This document shows positions 51,141-64,000 of a stretch of DNA of 64,000 nt, piece after piece (position 1 is the first letter of the stretch; every line of letters starts with the position of its first letter). Location of the stretch: positions 186,001 through 250,000 of the forward strand of contig JAUFOQ010000002.1 of the NCBI GenBank assembly GCA_040285855.1. The letters run 5' to 3'. A program made the translations under genes and the position numbers. The notes beneath the pieces are model-generated. The model was not told the origin of the DNA and made no database searches. It saw only the letters and a list, made by a program, of their open reading frames with translations. Origin of the DNA: Eukaryota sp. GEM-RC1 (taxonomy: Eukaryota).

Positions 51141-53350
51141 ATGATCGATACTGCTAAGTTTATTGCCGAAAACATTCGTCCCTATGATGGTGATGCCTCC
51201 TTTCTTGCTGGTCCAACCCAAAGAACCAAGGAATTGATGATCAGAACTGCTGAAATCCTCCGCGAAGAACTCCAGAAAGGAATCTATGACCTTGACATTG
51301 TCCGTCCAAGTACAATCACCTCCCATGGTCCTGGTTATCTTGACAAGACCAAGGAAACTATTGTAGGATTCCAAGGGGAAGCTCCTCTACAAAGAACGTA
51401 TGACTCTAGTTGACTAACAATAGTATGAAGTGTGCTGGAGGTGTCCGAGTTACTGCAACAGCTTGCAAGTCTTATGGCTACACAATGAACACAGAAACTG
51501 AAAGAGTCTTTACTGAATACGCTAAAACCCACAACGATGGTGTCTTTGACATGTACACTGCTGAAATGCGTGCTGCTCGTAAGTCTGGTATTATCACAGG
51601 TCTTCCTGATGGATACATGCGTGGTCGCATCATTGGAGACTACAGAAGACTTGCTCTCTATGGACTTGACCGCATGATCGCTGAGAAGAAACACGACAAG
51701 GACAATCTCCCCAAGACAATGACCGAAGACAACATGAAACTTCATGAGGAAGTTAGCGAACAGATCAAAGCTCTCAAACAAGTCAGAGTAATGGCCCAAT
51801 CCTACGGTTATGATGTTTCTCAACCTGCTAAGAATTGCCAAGAAGCCATTCAATGGACCTACTTTGGATATCTTGCCGCTATTAAGCAAGCAGACGGTGC
51901 AGCCATGTCTTTTGGACGTCCAGATGCTTTCTTTGATTACTTCATTGAAAGAGATCTTGATGCAGGCACATTTACTGAAGAGCAAGTTCAAGAATTCATT
52001 GATCATTTTGTAATCAAACTTCGTCTTGTTCGTCATCTCAGAACTCCAGAATACAATGATCTGTTTGCTGGTGATCCCACCTGGGTCACGTGTGTGCTCG
52101 GAGGCATAGATCAAAGTGGTCAACACATGGTCACTCGAACCTCGTACCGTATTCTCCAGACTCTCTACAACTTAGGTCCTGCTCCTGAACCAAATCTCAC
52201 TATTCTCTGGTCCCCTAAACTGCCAAAGACTTTCCGTGATTTCTGCTCTCAAGTTTCCATCGACACGTCATCAATCCAATACGAGAACGACGACATGATG
52301 CGTCCTATCTATGGTTCCGATTATGGTATTGCTTGTTGTGTTTCAGGTATGGCTCTCGGAAAACAAATGCAATTCTTTGGTGCTCGATGTAATCTTGCTA
52401 AACTTCTTCTCTACACCTTTAACAATGGAGTGGACGAGGTCACTGAACAACAAGTAGGTCCTCAATTGGGATCCCCTGTTGACGGTGATGTTTTGGACTA
52501 TGACAAGGTCTGGAATTCTCTATCAAAGTACATGGATTGGCTCAGTGAGTTGTACGTTAATACTATGAACATCATCCATTACTCTCATGACAAGTATGCT
52601 TATGAATCATCAATGATGGCTTTCCATGATACTTTTGTTGAAAGACTCATGGCCTTTGGAATTGCTGGACTCTCAGTTGTTGGTGACTCTCTGTCTGCTA
52701 TCAAGTATGCTAAGGTTTATCCAATTAAAAATGAAAAGGGTCTAGTAGTTGACTTTAAAACTGAAGGCGAGTTCCCCTGTTATGGAAATGATGACGACAG
52801 AGTTGATTCAATCGTAGTGTCTCTGTGTCACGAGTTCATTTCCCGTCTTAGAAAGTACCCAACCTATCGAAATTCAACTCACACTCTCTCTATTCTTACC
52901 ATTACTTCTAACGTTGTCTATGGTAAGAAGACTGGTAACACTCCTGATGGTAGAAGAAAGGGCGAACCTTTTGCACCTGGTGCTAATCCTTCTCATAACC
53001 GTGATTCTACAGGAGCTATTGCTTCTTTAAACTCTGTTACCAAGATATCCTATGATGATTGTCGTGATGGAATTTCAAATACGTTTTCTATTCTTCCAAA
53101 TGCTCTTGGTAAGTCCAAAAGTGAGCAAATCTCCAACCTATCTGCCATGCTTGATGGGTATATTCTACAAAAGGGTTTCCACATTAACGTCAATGCCGTT
53201 CGAAGAGAAGTTTTGATTGACGCCATGGAACATCCTGAGAATTATCCCCAGTTAACAATAAGAGTTTCTGGCTATGCTGTCAACTTTAATAGGTTAACTA
53301 GAGCACAACAAGAAGAAGTTTTGGCTAGAACTTTCCATTCTCATATGTAA
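51141..53350 (+). CDS. pflB: Pyruvate formate-lyase, 2 exons (51141-51397, 51424-53350)
   Basis: [23 protein letters not shown] catalytic Cys pair, RVSGYAV glycyl-radical motif. Confidence 0.96.
51398..51423 (+). other. 26-nt spliceosomal intron
   Basis: GTATGA...ACTAAC-AATAG; removal joins the two PFL ORFs in frame ([14 protein letters not shown]). Confidence 0.88.
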
Positions 53351-54049
53351 ATAGATTTGGATTGTATTATTTGGATAAATCAGTACAATCACATGATTTC
53401 TTTTAATTTATGAGGTTACTAGTAATTGAAGTGTGCCAGTTGATCAGTACCAAAATGAACATACAGTAATGTGTACCAGAAAGTGTTCAAATTTTCACAC
53501 CCAATTCTTGTCGAATTAACTGAAGAATCACGTGTTTGTGAGTAGATCTCATGGAACGGACGTGACGCAAATAGCAACAAAGTTTCTTATATTGATTCAT
53601 ATTGGTTGGGGCAGAATTCTTGATTGAAATACAATGCGATCGGATTACCCCAGGCTCAGGATACTTGTTTTGACGGAAGTAGCTCCATAGGCTCTCACAC
53701 GACTCTTCCAGAGTCAAAGCAAACATAAACAATATCACGTGGAGAACATCCACTTTAGAGAAAACTTCACAGATATCTGTTCTTGAAGTTTGATGAGGTG
53801 ATATACACCAGTGAACTCAACAATCACAGTGACTACTGGGATCTTAGTAACTCCGATTTGAGACATTGCTTCCAACGAACAATGAGTAACATTTAAACAT
53901 TTCTCTTAAAGAAATTATTTTATAAACAATTGTTATTGAAGGCTTTCAACTGATAAGACGGCACCTGGAAAGGCTGTGGCCTTCTATGGGAAATTGATGA
54001 AGAATTATCAAGATAAATTTTATATGAAATAATAAATGCAATGTATATC

Positions 54050-54283
54050 ACTACAGTGTACATACATCTAATAATCAATATCTTCAAAGTCCAGATTACC
54101 TATCTGGAAATTCTCACCTACCTTATCCTCATAATGACTGCCAAGAGATAGTAAAGCGCTAGATACAGAAGTTACCATACCTTAAAAGATAGCAAACACA
54201 ATTCGAGTGTTCCAAAATCTAAGATCAGAAGTCTTAGATGTTTGTTCTTTACAATCTTCACAAAGATTTCATGTAATGATGTT
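54050..54283. repeat. Uninterrupted paralog of 13891-13938 + 14523-14717
   Basis: Colinear sequence with single copies of both target sites (GTCCAGA, AATGATGT). Confidence 0.88.
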
Positions 54284-54599
54284 ATAGAGTCATTTAAATA
54301 ACCGTACAGTGAATATACAAAAGGGTACAACAAGTAATTCGAGTGTGAAACCGAATTCAATAATTTCCGTTTAGTACAATATTTATCCATTTTCAATTTT
54401 TCTTTAATCAAAAGAGGGTTTTTAACATTGGATTTACCAAGTGTCTTTTAGGAACCTCTACAATCATGAGCCTTTTATGAAAGTCTGGATCTTGATAATC
54501 GTATTAGCTTGACCAGTGTCGAGAACTCCGTTTTCAGTGTGTTGTCTTCATCTCTTATTACCGAACTTCTAGGTAGATACATCTTTAATCTAATAGATG

Positions 54600-54860
54600 T
54601 AATATCGGCTAAGATGGCTTCCTTTTATCATTTGGTTAATTGTCTTAGGTTTATATATTCTAGATCCATTTTGCATAACAGTTTACGTGATGCTTGTATG
54701 GAAATGTTCAAATCTATGGGTTTCATTGAAAAATGAACCTATTCCTACTCATCACTCTCAACAGCCATTAGATTCTTAAAAGCGCGGTGATTTCATTGGC
54801 CCATGGCTATCTTGCCAAGAAGTTGTTGTTGATATTACCACTGTTGATCCATGTTCGACT
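54600..54860 (+). pseudogene. Degenerate C-terminus of an RLE-type non-LTR retrotransposon
   Basis: H.VNC...R.ILHNSLRD...G...EP...RGD...VVVDITTVDP across stops and frameshifts. Confidence 0.6.
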
Positions 54861-55980
54861 ATTGAATAATTCGACTATTGAATAATTGTGTCTAGATTTT
54901 GGAAGGAAATTTAACAGATCGTTTTGGCGGAATAGACTTGCGTTTTCCTTATTCAGGTAGATGTACCGCTATTTTGTCGAGATTTTGGCCAAGTGTTATA
55001 GGAATAACAATTCAGTAGAATTAGTACTATTTTAGTTTGTGTTTTTGTTGTTGTTTTAAATATGGTTTTTAACCATAAAGTCCCTTTACTTACAAACATC
55101 GATAGACATAACATCAGTAATAATGAAAGATCCATCGAGACCAGGAAATATGACAGCACCACGGCTATTTCCAAACGATTTGTCAACATCCGTATCATCA
55201 AACAAATTAGCCAGAACTGGTTCTAAAAAGGAAACTATTACATAAGATTTACACATACAATATAGTTGATCCCTTACGGAATCATGACCCTTGCTTCTAA
55301 AAAGAAATATAACGGTTACAATTTAATAAATGCGTAGGTGAACAGTCCCTTTTTGAATCATTTAAAACTCATGGATATCTTCAAATAACTTGAGATACTG
55401 TCTTTGTTACTTTGAACGATGTTTTAAAGTACAGTCTGAACGAACTCAAAAGTTTACACTCAAGATTTGATTTGCCTTTTTGCAGGTTTTCGACAAACAA
55501 ATACTAGTATCTGAAACCAATAGTGTGACCGTTCAATGTATTACTAATGTAGTGTGTATCACTTGATAAACAAAATGTCGGAAAGTCAACTTCATTGATC
55601 TCTATAGTATGAGTTAGTAGTACTTAAGGTTGTCGATTGACTTGAAACATGATGTGTGATAATACTCAAGCTCAGCCAAAAATTAAGGTTGAGACATCTT
55701 TCCTCAAACTTTGCCATTTCACTGTTGAACTTAACCGATGCAGTCGAGCCTTTACCTGTGTTCTAAGCCAATCCAACGACTATATTCGGACATATGATCA
55801 GTTCTCATGGTCGTCCACGATGCAGAATGATGAACTAATGTTGAAGGTGTACAATTAATTCAATTTAGTTCTTCACTTAAAGGAATACCTTTTGTGAAAA
55901 GGTATACAAATCCTAAGTCTTCTTCAATTGGTGAATTAGTTTATGATTTGATTTTGAAAAAAATACACTACTGCTAGTAC

Positions 55981-58018
55981 CAGGGATCGAAAAAAATAAA
56001 TTGTATTGCAATATATTAAAATAAATTATATTGTAATAAATATTGCACGTCTTTTGTTGCGCAATATATTTATTGCAACAAAGGGTTTATTGCAATATGT
56101 CACAACGAGATTTATGCAGAGTAACTCTAACAAGTCTTGTTCATAGGAACACTGCACTGCATATCCACTCCAAGACCAAAAAAAGTTAAACGGGGACCTA
56201 CAGTTGGATTCTACATCACTATTGTCATCACTCAACATCATATACTGTCAGGCACCAATTAGTGACCCACCTCCTAATAGTGCCCCCCTCCTAATAGTGA
56301 CCCACTTTAGGGGTGGGGCTATAATTTAGTGCCCCAGTGTTGATCAAGATCACACAAATGGGTGATAAAAACAGTCTTATGTCAATAAAAAGAATATACG
56401 ATTAGATTCAGATTTAATAGTGGTATTTGGAACTGTGATGAAACTGCCATATTTTGTGAACCAAATGAATCAAGAACAATTGATTTTATTGACCAAAAGA
56501 TTGTTGTTGTTAAGTCTGCAGGTCTCGCAAAGGTACGTTTGACCGGAATCGTTATGGCTAACGCTCTAGGAGTGAAAAAACTCCTGCCATTATAGCACAA
56601 AGATCAGGAAACAGAACCAATAGAGAAGAAGGCTGCTTTATCTTGAAAAGAGAATCATCTTTGATGAATGGAGATTTATTCATCAAATATCTGCAGTTAA
56701 TGTTTCCATTGACCAGTAAGGCTGCTGCCAACAGAATGCTATTGGTATTTGATTCAGCTCCTGCCCATCGAAGTAAGAAGGTCAAGGCTTATCTCAAGGA
56801 AAGGGGGTTCAACTATGTTTTGATTCTCGGTGGTTTAACTGGATTATTACAGCCATCAGACGTCAGTTGGTTCAAACCTATGAAAGCAACTATCAGGAAT
56901 TGTATTGAAGAATGGTTGGAGACTGCACCTGTAACGACCTCCAATCGAGTTAGAGCACCTTTGGCTAACGATATGGCAAAATGGATGAAAGAGTCGTTGG
57001 ACAAGTTAAAGAGTGAAGTAATATCAAAATCTTTTCAAGTGTCTTTTCTAGGGCCTTCGCAGACCTTATTGATTTCTCGCCATCCATCAATCCGTCCTCA
57101 CTTAGATATCAATAGTTTCGATGCATTATTACCATATTCATCAAGTGATGAGGGAGGAAGTAATCGATTTGGATTCATCGTCTGATGATGACATCGATGA
57201 CCTTCTTCAACTCAACAATTCATTGAATTTGGGGATGGATAATGATGTTGTTGCAGTCTTTGACTAGAGTTATATTGAAATATAAAGTTGTTTTATGGGT
57301 CATTTATGAACAAAGACAAAAGGATCCTAATAGTGACCCCCTCCTAATAGTGACCCAGTTTGGGGGTGGGGCTATAATTTAGTGACCCGGGGTACTATTT
57401 GGCGCCTGACAGTATCAAGCAATGAGATTTGTGGAAACTGTTACATGTGTTTATATAAATATCAATAACGACACGTTCCAATCATACTAGTAGTGGCACC
57501 CAGCAATACAATCTATTTTTTTCGATCCCTGCCTAGAGTCTGGACCAGGAAGCGTGAAGTCTTATCGTATAGTAGGTGGGGCTGTAATGAACATGGTATA
57601 CGTACGTAACGAATCGCTGAAAAGTTCAAACACGTGTATACATCACATCATAGGAACCATTGGAAGTAAATAAGTAAAGAGCAAAGTAGAACGATGAGTT
57701 GTGAAGTCTGAGCGTACATTATGATCAGAAGAGGTGTCAAGATTTACAATACGTCATGAATATACTGATACATGTATCTGAAAGGGTAACCAACTAAAAC
57801 AAGCGTTGATTTTCTGTCAGTAAATTTCAGCAAAACATCTCAATTTTCTACATTTTCACAGACCAAATTTTACCCAAAATATTGCAATATATTGCAATTA
57901 TTTATTGCAATCATCACCTTTTCCAATATATTTATTACAATGACCACATTTTCCAATATATTTATTGTACATTTTTTTTTGCTAGAAATATATTGCAATA
58001 TATTTTTTTCGATCCCTG
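55981..58018. mobile_element. Non-autonomous hAT element with nested insertion
   Basis: TIR CAGGGATCGAAAAAAATA; perfect TSD GCTAGTAC; extra internal right-end copy ending 57531. Confidence 0.88.
56245..57412 (+). mobile_element. Pogo/Tc1-mariner element, internally deleted DDE transposase
   Basis: TA TSD; TIR CTGTCAGGCrCCAAwTAGT; WNCDET, LVFDSAPAH, LQPSDV motifs. Confidence 0.88.
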
Positions 58019-58159
58019 GCTAGTACATACATTTTTCAAAAAAAAACAAAGTTTGAAAGGTATTCTTGGGAAAAATTAACTGTAAAAGAACAAACAATCA
58101 CCACAAAGATAATATACAAACAAACAGATATTCACAACGAGCACTGTTTTTAACTGAAA

Positions 58160-59389
58160 TCATAGAATAACACAAGAACGTTGCCTCTCCGCTAGTCCAC
58201 TTGGTCTATCAACAGGTTTTCTAAAGGGAAGGCAGAAGGACGACTCAATCCTGGTCACGTAACCCTTCAACTCCTCTATTTCTTCCTTCAGTTCAGCAAT
58301 CTTCTGGGCTGCAGGATCTCTTCTTACCACTGAGTGAAGCTTAATCTTCTGAGCTCGATCTGCAAATCTCAAAGTAGATAGTGTTTCATCAAAGCACATA
58401 GACGAAGGGGAAATATTACACAACATTGACGTCACTCCAAAGGAAAACGCGTCTTGTAACAATCTAGTTAACTTAGAGTCTCTGTAGGGAACATGAGGTT
58501 GATTCTTGACAATCGACGTCACCACTGAAGCAAGTGCGGAGAGTGACTTATTGATGTTTGTACCTTCCTTTAAGCCAATCCCTGACGTTCCAGCATCACC
58601 AACACGTTCAGATCCAGCTAAATCTACTAAGAAAAGTTTCGAAAACCTCGTTGAAAAGCCTTCCTTATCGTTTTTCAACTGTTGTTTGAGATATAAACAA
58701 AACACTGCGTGAGATCTAGATGAAACATCATTCATTTTAGTGCTGCCAGTCATTCTTCGAGATTCCCCAATTGAAAGAAGCTTCTGGACGTCCTTCATGG
58801 ACTTTATCGGATGTTTTGAGAGATTGCTTACTTGAATACCATGGGGAGGGCCCAGGTCAACAATTTTTAAAAGTTGGCTATAATCTGTGTCATTGCTTAA
58901 TAAGTCACGAACGTTCTCCATATAGATTTCAAGATAGCTAGCAGTGATCTCAAAGGTAGAAGATTTTGACAATTGATTAACATGAGACGTATAAAGATCA
59001 GTGAGAAGATTGGGAATAAGTCCAGGAGAATCCTTGCAACCTTGCATTGTGAAGGTTTTGCCTGATCCAGTTTGTCCATAAGCTAGAACAGCGCAAGAAT
59101 GTCCCTCTATGAATTTTTCAAGAATTGGTTGGCCAATGGAATCATAGATATCGTGCTGACAGCTTGATTCTGGGAAGAGGTGATCGAATTGAAAAGTACG
59201 GGAAACGTCCTGGTTTTTAGATCCAGACAGATCAGGACAAATAACAGAAAGAGAATCAGGTGTTAAAGAGACACAATTGGCTGAAGATCTTTCACGGTCG
59301 TTGAAGGGCCTAACACGAACACCAACTTTGATGCTTGAAGTAATACCCCGGGCAGAGGAATTGGAGGAGGGGGTGTTTGGGAGTGACAT
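58160..59389 (-). CDS. Kinesin motor protein with C-terminal CaaX (CVIL)
   Basis: VRVRP, GQTGSGKT, SSRSH, DLAGSE, VPYRDSKLTRLL. Confidence 0.96.
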   Translation of the reverse strand: MSLPNTPSSNSSARGITSSIKVGVRVRPFNDRERSSANCVSLTPDSLSVICPDLSGSKNQDVSRTFQFDHLFPESSCQHDIYDSIGQPILEKFIEGHSCAVLAYGQTGSGKTFTMQGCKDSPGLIPNLLTDLYTSHVNQLSKSSTFEITASYLEIYMENVRDLLSNDTDYSQLLKIVDLGPPHGIQVSNLSKHPIKSMKDVQKLLSIGESRRMTGSTKMNDVSSRSHAVFCLYLKQQLKNDKEGFSTRFSKLFLVDLAGSERVGDAGTSGIGLKEGTNINKSLSALASVVTSIVKNQPHVPYRDSKLTRLLQDAFSFGVTSMLCNISPSSMCFDETLSTLRFADRAQKIKLHSVVRRDPAAQKIAELKEEIEELKGYVTRIESSFCLPFRKPVDRPSGLAERQRSCVIL

Positions 59390-59471
59390 TCAGCTAAGGT
59401 TGAAAATAAAGAAGTAAAAAACGAAACTACACTGGTGTGAGCAAATTTCATGCATACTACTACTACTAGTG

Positions 59472-60058
59472 CTGTCAACTACTGAATAGAGCCCGGGCTC
59501 TAATTTAGAGCCACAAAAAAATTACATAGGGGCTCTAATCGGTAGGGCTCTAATCGGTATGGCTCTGTTTTAGAGCCGCTATAAGTGAGGGCTCTATTCA
59601 GTAGTTTTTTATGCTCACTTTTGATTAAATAAACAATGATTGTTCGGTGGTCAAGTCTATGAGTTACAGATAAATTAAGCTAGAACGTCTTTAGCAATCA
59701 AATTCAGTGGTTCTGAAAGCACAGTAGCTTTCACCTTTTTCAGTTGTTAGCTCAATAAGTATCTTTTGTTTAAACTCAAACAGTCACTTGCGCTTGAGAA
59801 CGTCTCTTTTTGAAAGACGGGGTCGGTGGTTTGGAATTCCTGCTCTTGAACGATGAGATTTTGGATCCATGTTAAAAAAAAAATTGATGTGGAATAATCT
59901 AGTCATTTTTCTTAAATAGAGCGATTTATTAGTTTTAATATCTTAAATTTAAATTAGTGGTGTGTTTTTAATTAAGGGCTCTATTCAGTAGGGCTCTGTT
60001 TTAGAGCCCCTTGTCTCTGGGGCTCTATTCAGTAGAGGCTCTATTCGGTAGTTGACAG
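59472..60058. mobile_element. Tc1/mariner-like MITE
   Basis: TIR CTGTCAACTACyGAATAGAGCC; GGGCTCTA repeats; flanked by (TAC)n/(GTA)n. Confidence 0.8.
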
Positions 60059-61079
60059 TAGTAGTAGTATGTGAGCAAAGTCCACTTTTCGCACAAAATA
60101 TTTTTCACACATATTTTCCCGGCAAATAAAGCTCTGTTATAACATCATGGGTTACATACTACAGCTTACATTACAATAAAGGGACCTATAGACTGTTGGA
60201 ATCGATGTGAATCGACCGTTTGTCAGATTCATCATCTCATAGGTCGTAAAAGTTGCAGAGCAGTCAATATCAATGCAACATAACCACACTTTTCAGATGT
60301 CAGAAGCCAGTTGGCATAAACTCTTATCAAATCTATTGAGGTCTTGAATCAAGTAATTCATATGAAAGAAGTTCCAACTCCTGGAAAAATACTACTCCAC
60401 TGTTCCTACTGTTGTATACAATCTACTTCTTCAGTGTCAATCACTGCTTTTCCTATCCCAAAACTGATTGAATATAAAATGTTGTATCAATGATCTGTAC
60501 TGTCGCTTGAAATACGTTTCACAATCCTGATACACCAATAGAAGCAAACCGACTAAATCCACCTTCCAGCTACATTCATTGTTTAGACATGCATCGATCT
60601 ACATCTTAGTGTTGTCCTTATGCTTAGTTTCTTCTCTGATCTGGCCCAAATTGTCAAGTTAGTCACACTGTGATAATCAGTTAATGTTGGTGTCTAGTTA
60701 TGTAAGAAGATCTATTGATTGTCAGAGTTTATCATTCCTGATCACTACACGATAGCACAGAGAGATCAACAATTGATACCGTAAATGTCCATAAATCTGT
60801 TACTTATAAAATTTAGCACATGTTCGGATCCGTGTAGAGAGATAGTCCATGTATCAAAAAGATCATTGTTAGAGTGTTACCACTAAGCCAATAGCGCTAT
60901 TAGCTTAGTGGTAACAGGTGATGGAGGATTTCCTCGATCCCCAAGCAAAGAGTCAATCACATGACATAAGGATAGATGAATTGGTAACTTTTCGAACAAG
61001 AAAGTCTTTCATTTGGTGGAGATTGCCTAGTTGTTGTTCAAATTCTATCACAGAGTCGAAGTTGGAGCCTAAGCTAAGA

Positions 61080-61278
61080 TATAACATGTTCATTCATTGC
61101 TGAGATCTCTTGACATCAATCAACATTCCAAAAAAGAAAATTCTTATGGGCAAAGACGTGCTGATTTGATTATACCTTCATCTTCTGAATCTCTGACAGT
61201 TATCGATGTTGTTTCAGTGGATGTGTGTAAAAAAAGTTGTAACAAGTTTGTTACAAAGGAATTCTCACCTTTAGACAT
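61080..61278 (+). pseudogene. RLE endonuclease remnant of a non-LTR retrotransposon, interrupted by the LTR
   Basis: RRADLII......VIDVVSVD motif. Confidence 0.5.
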
Positions 61279-61382
61279 TGTGATACCTGGATAGGTAGAC
61301 ATGCAAGGGGAAAGGATAATATAATTTATAAATGGCTACACCATACTTCAACACTGCCACATCATAACACCTGTGGCCAACA
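61279..61382 (-). repeat. Short (internally deleted) 3' LTR
   Basis: TG...CA on the minus strand immediately after a polypurine tract (AAAAGAGAGAAGAGG); ends match 21181-21854. Confidence 0.7.
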
Positions 61383-64000
61383 CTACCTCTTCTCTCTTTT
61401 CGAGTTCCTTGTTCTCTTGGCTACAGGTGACTTAGCTTTCTGAGATTGCTCGCTGGATACTCTTTTCTTCTTAGGCCTGTGGACAGTGGAGTCATTACTA
61501 CTATTACTATTTAATTTAATAAACTCTGAGTATGCTTTCGTATTCGTGATGTCTTTTAGGGGAACTGCTGAGTGTTCGCCACCAAACCAGACTACTGTGC
61601 AATACTCGCCTTCAGGGGTATCATATCGATCAAGGACTTTGACCAAGATATGCTCTTCAGTATCACCCGAAGCAACAGCCTTGTGAAGTTCATCATCATT
61701 GGGTAAATCTGTCTGATAGATCTTGCATTGATGGATGCTTGCTTTACCAACGTGACCAGTGATCAAATTCTTGATAGACATGGAAGTATTGGAATCAATT
61801 GACATTACTAAGAATGGTCCACAATAACTACCATGTAGCTTGGATGACTTAGTTGCCTTGAGCACAAGGTCCCCTGCCTTAAAGGGATTAGGTTGAGATT
61901 TCTTAGAAGGAGCCTTACTCGATTGTCGAGCCCCTGCCTTTTCTCTCTTTTCTTTAAGGCGTTTCAGTTTCAGAGCCATGTCGTCGATGAACGAAATTTC
62001 CGAAGTGGAACATTCGATCGCTTTTAACATAGTACCGGGGTCTGCACCTGGGCTTATGTCGCTACCAAACATCAACTCGTAGGGGGAATGTCCCGTTACA
62101 CTACTCTTAGTTGAATTGATTTGGAGCTGAACCGAAGGAATGTATGTTGACCAATTGTCGTAATCATTGAAATCTACAAGAAGACGGCGTAAACTTTGCA
62201 GCACGTCTCTATGTCGTCGTTCCACCAGACCATTACTCTGGGAGAAATGAGGAATCGATCGACTGACTTCAATGGCCAGTAGGTTGCAAACTGCCTCGAT
62301 TGTAGCGTTAGCAAACTCCTTGCCGTTATCACTATGGATACAGAACGGTATACCAAAAATAGCTATTACATCCCAAACCAGGCGATATGCTACTTCAGTG
62401 CTATTCAGATCCTTAAGGGGGCTTAAAATGGTGTATCTGCTGAACGAGTCAACAAATACCAGTAGAAACTGGTTTCCATTTTGATCTTTTGGCAGAGGTC
62501 CTATTGTGTCGACGTTAAGTCTTGCAAAAGGTCGATTAGCCCAGAGAGAACCCGTCGGCTCAATTGCCAGTTTACGGACAGGTGCCGTTTTCTGACAGGA
62601 TGGACATCGATTCACGTGGTTGATCATGTCAACCTTCATGCTAGGCCAAAAGTAGCCACTATTGAACAGCTTTTCCAAACTATTTTTCAAGTTAGGGTGA
62701 CCAGACTGGACGAGTCCGTGGAGCATGTAGAGGACTTTCTTACGTAAGCTCGACGGTATCAGTATCTTATTCTTGCTGTTAACGTAAGTCTTGCTCTTAG
62801 GAAAAGGTTAGCTTTTGTGAATAAAGTGTCTTTTGCTTTTTTTTGCCGTTAGCTGCTCAGCTCTGATGGTTGATAGCCATGAGTTGAACAGGGGCAACTT
62901 GCCATCTGTTGAAAGTTCACGGAGGTTGCTAATTACATAAACTGAGTTGTCATGTGGTTGAGACTCGATGTAGTTAGCTTCATCATATCTCAAATCATTA
63001 CGATTGAGTGTGATGTGATCCTCGGTGTGACGTTCAATCAGATTTACTGATTTGATTGTTTCCACTGGATTGCGGTCAATAACGCGAGAGAGCATGTCAG
63101 CCCAGTGGTTGTCTTCTCCTGCAACGTGTTCAATCTCAAAACTAAACTCGGATAAGATGGGGATCCAACGTTTTACGATCCTATTCTTTTCTGGAGCGGA
63201 TATGAGAAAGGAAAGGTTCCTGTGATCACTGAAGATCACCAAGTGTCTACTTATGAGGAAGCTTTCTAGGTTTGATTCAGTCAGAATCAGCAAGATTGCG
63301 TACAGCTTTTTCTGGATAGCTGACCAATTTTGCTGACTGTCGTTAAGGAGTCGGCTATAGAAGGATACCGGTTTTACCTTGCGATCCTTCAGTGGAGTGC
63401 CGGGTGGAGCTGGGGGTTTTCTTCCTGCCAGATGACTCCTCCTACGGCGATGTCCGAAGCGTCTGTCGATATGATAATGTTCTTATCTTCGTCAGGTAAG
63501 TCTAGAGCCATGTTATTGATTATCAACCGTTTTATTTCGTTTAATAAGTTTTCATGTTCGTCTGTCCAGTAAATCTTCTTTGGTTTGTCTCTGGTTAGTT
63601 TAATAATCGGTGACATCAGGTCCGAGAAATTCGGGATCCAATCACGGATGTAATTCAACGCACCAATGAGACTTCGAACCTCAGGAAGTGTCTTGGGGGA
63701 CGGTAGACTCTTTAAAGCCGAGACCCTACTCTCGTCAATGTGACGGGTTTTGTTCACAAAGTCGCTGCCTAGAATCTTTATTTTATGACTTGAAGTCGTG
63801 AAATGACACTTCTTTAAGCCAAACCGTACTCGGTAGCGTCTGGCGCGTTCAAGTACGTTTGCGATTCTTGAAAGAAACTCTTCGAAGGTGTTGCCAATGA
63901 CAATTATATCGTCGATATAGATGAACACACCTTCACAACTGAAGATTTCCATCATGATGTTTTGGAAGATTGCAGGTACATTCTTCAAACCAAAACATGC
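61383..64000 (-). mobile_element. Ty3/Gypsy LTR retrotransposon pol (RT-RNase H-integrase), runs off the window
   Basis: YIDD; TDAS, SDHRNL, NHWADMLSR; H..H..CPSC, VDT, SDNG, NGLVER; chromodomain-like tail. Confidence 0.95.

Noticed and set aside
53487..53753. 88-aa minus-strand ORF after PFL
   Set aside because: GTG start and no motif; insufficient support.

Overview
AT-rich, transposon-dense window from a microbial eukaryote, probably anaerobic. Evidence: beta-tubulin, four core histones, kinesin, HID1, pyruvate formate-lyase and a 26-nt spliceosomal intron. Many ORFs, including beta-tubulin, are broken by single-base losses in homopolymers, so most frameshifts look like long-read consensus errors. 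Top candidate for an undescribed system is at 40.86-44.80 kb (minus strand). Four same-direction 1-nt repairs give a ~1270-aa polyprotein: unknown ~180-aa leader, a 2A 'StopGo' peptide (DLTSDGDVESNPG|P), a PolB-type 3'-5' exonuclease domain, then a complete Fanzor1 (TnpB-like RNA-guided RuvC nuclease). A GAAA-capped nested hairpin (candidate omegaRNA) follows and abuts a truncated hAT transposase. Second highlight is bases 1-12752: a tandem and fold-back array of a 2294-bp Mutator unit with the geometry of an autointegration 'inversion circle' (9-bp target duplicated in inverted orientation), ending exactly at a transposon terminus. Also present: histone 3' stem-loops with covariation, many hAT/MITE/pogo insertions with intact TSDs, a Ty3/Gypsy element and bacterial-type genes (Lnt-like, PFL). 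All family calls come from motif recognition by eye; no database search was run.
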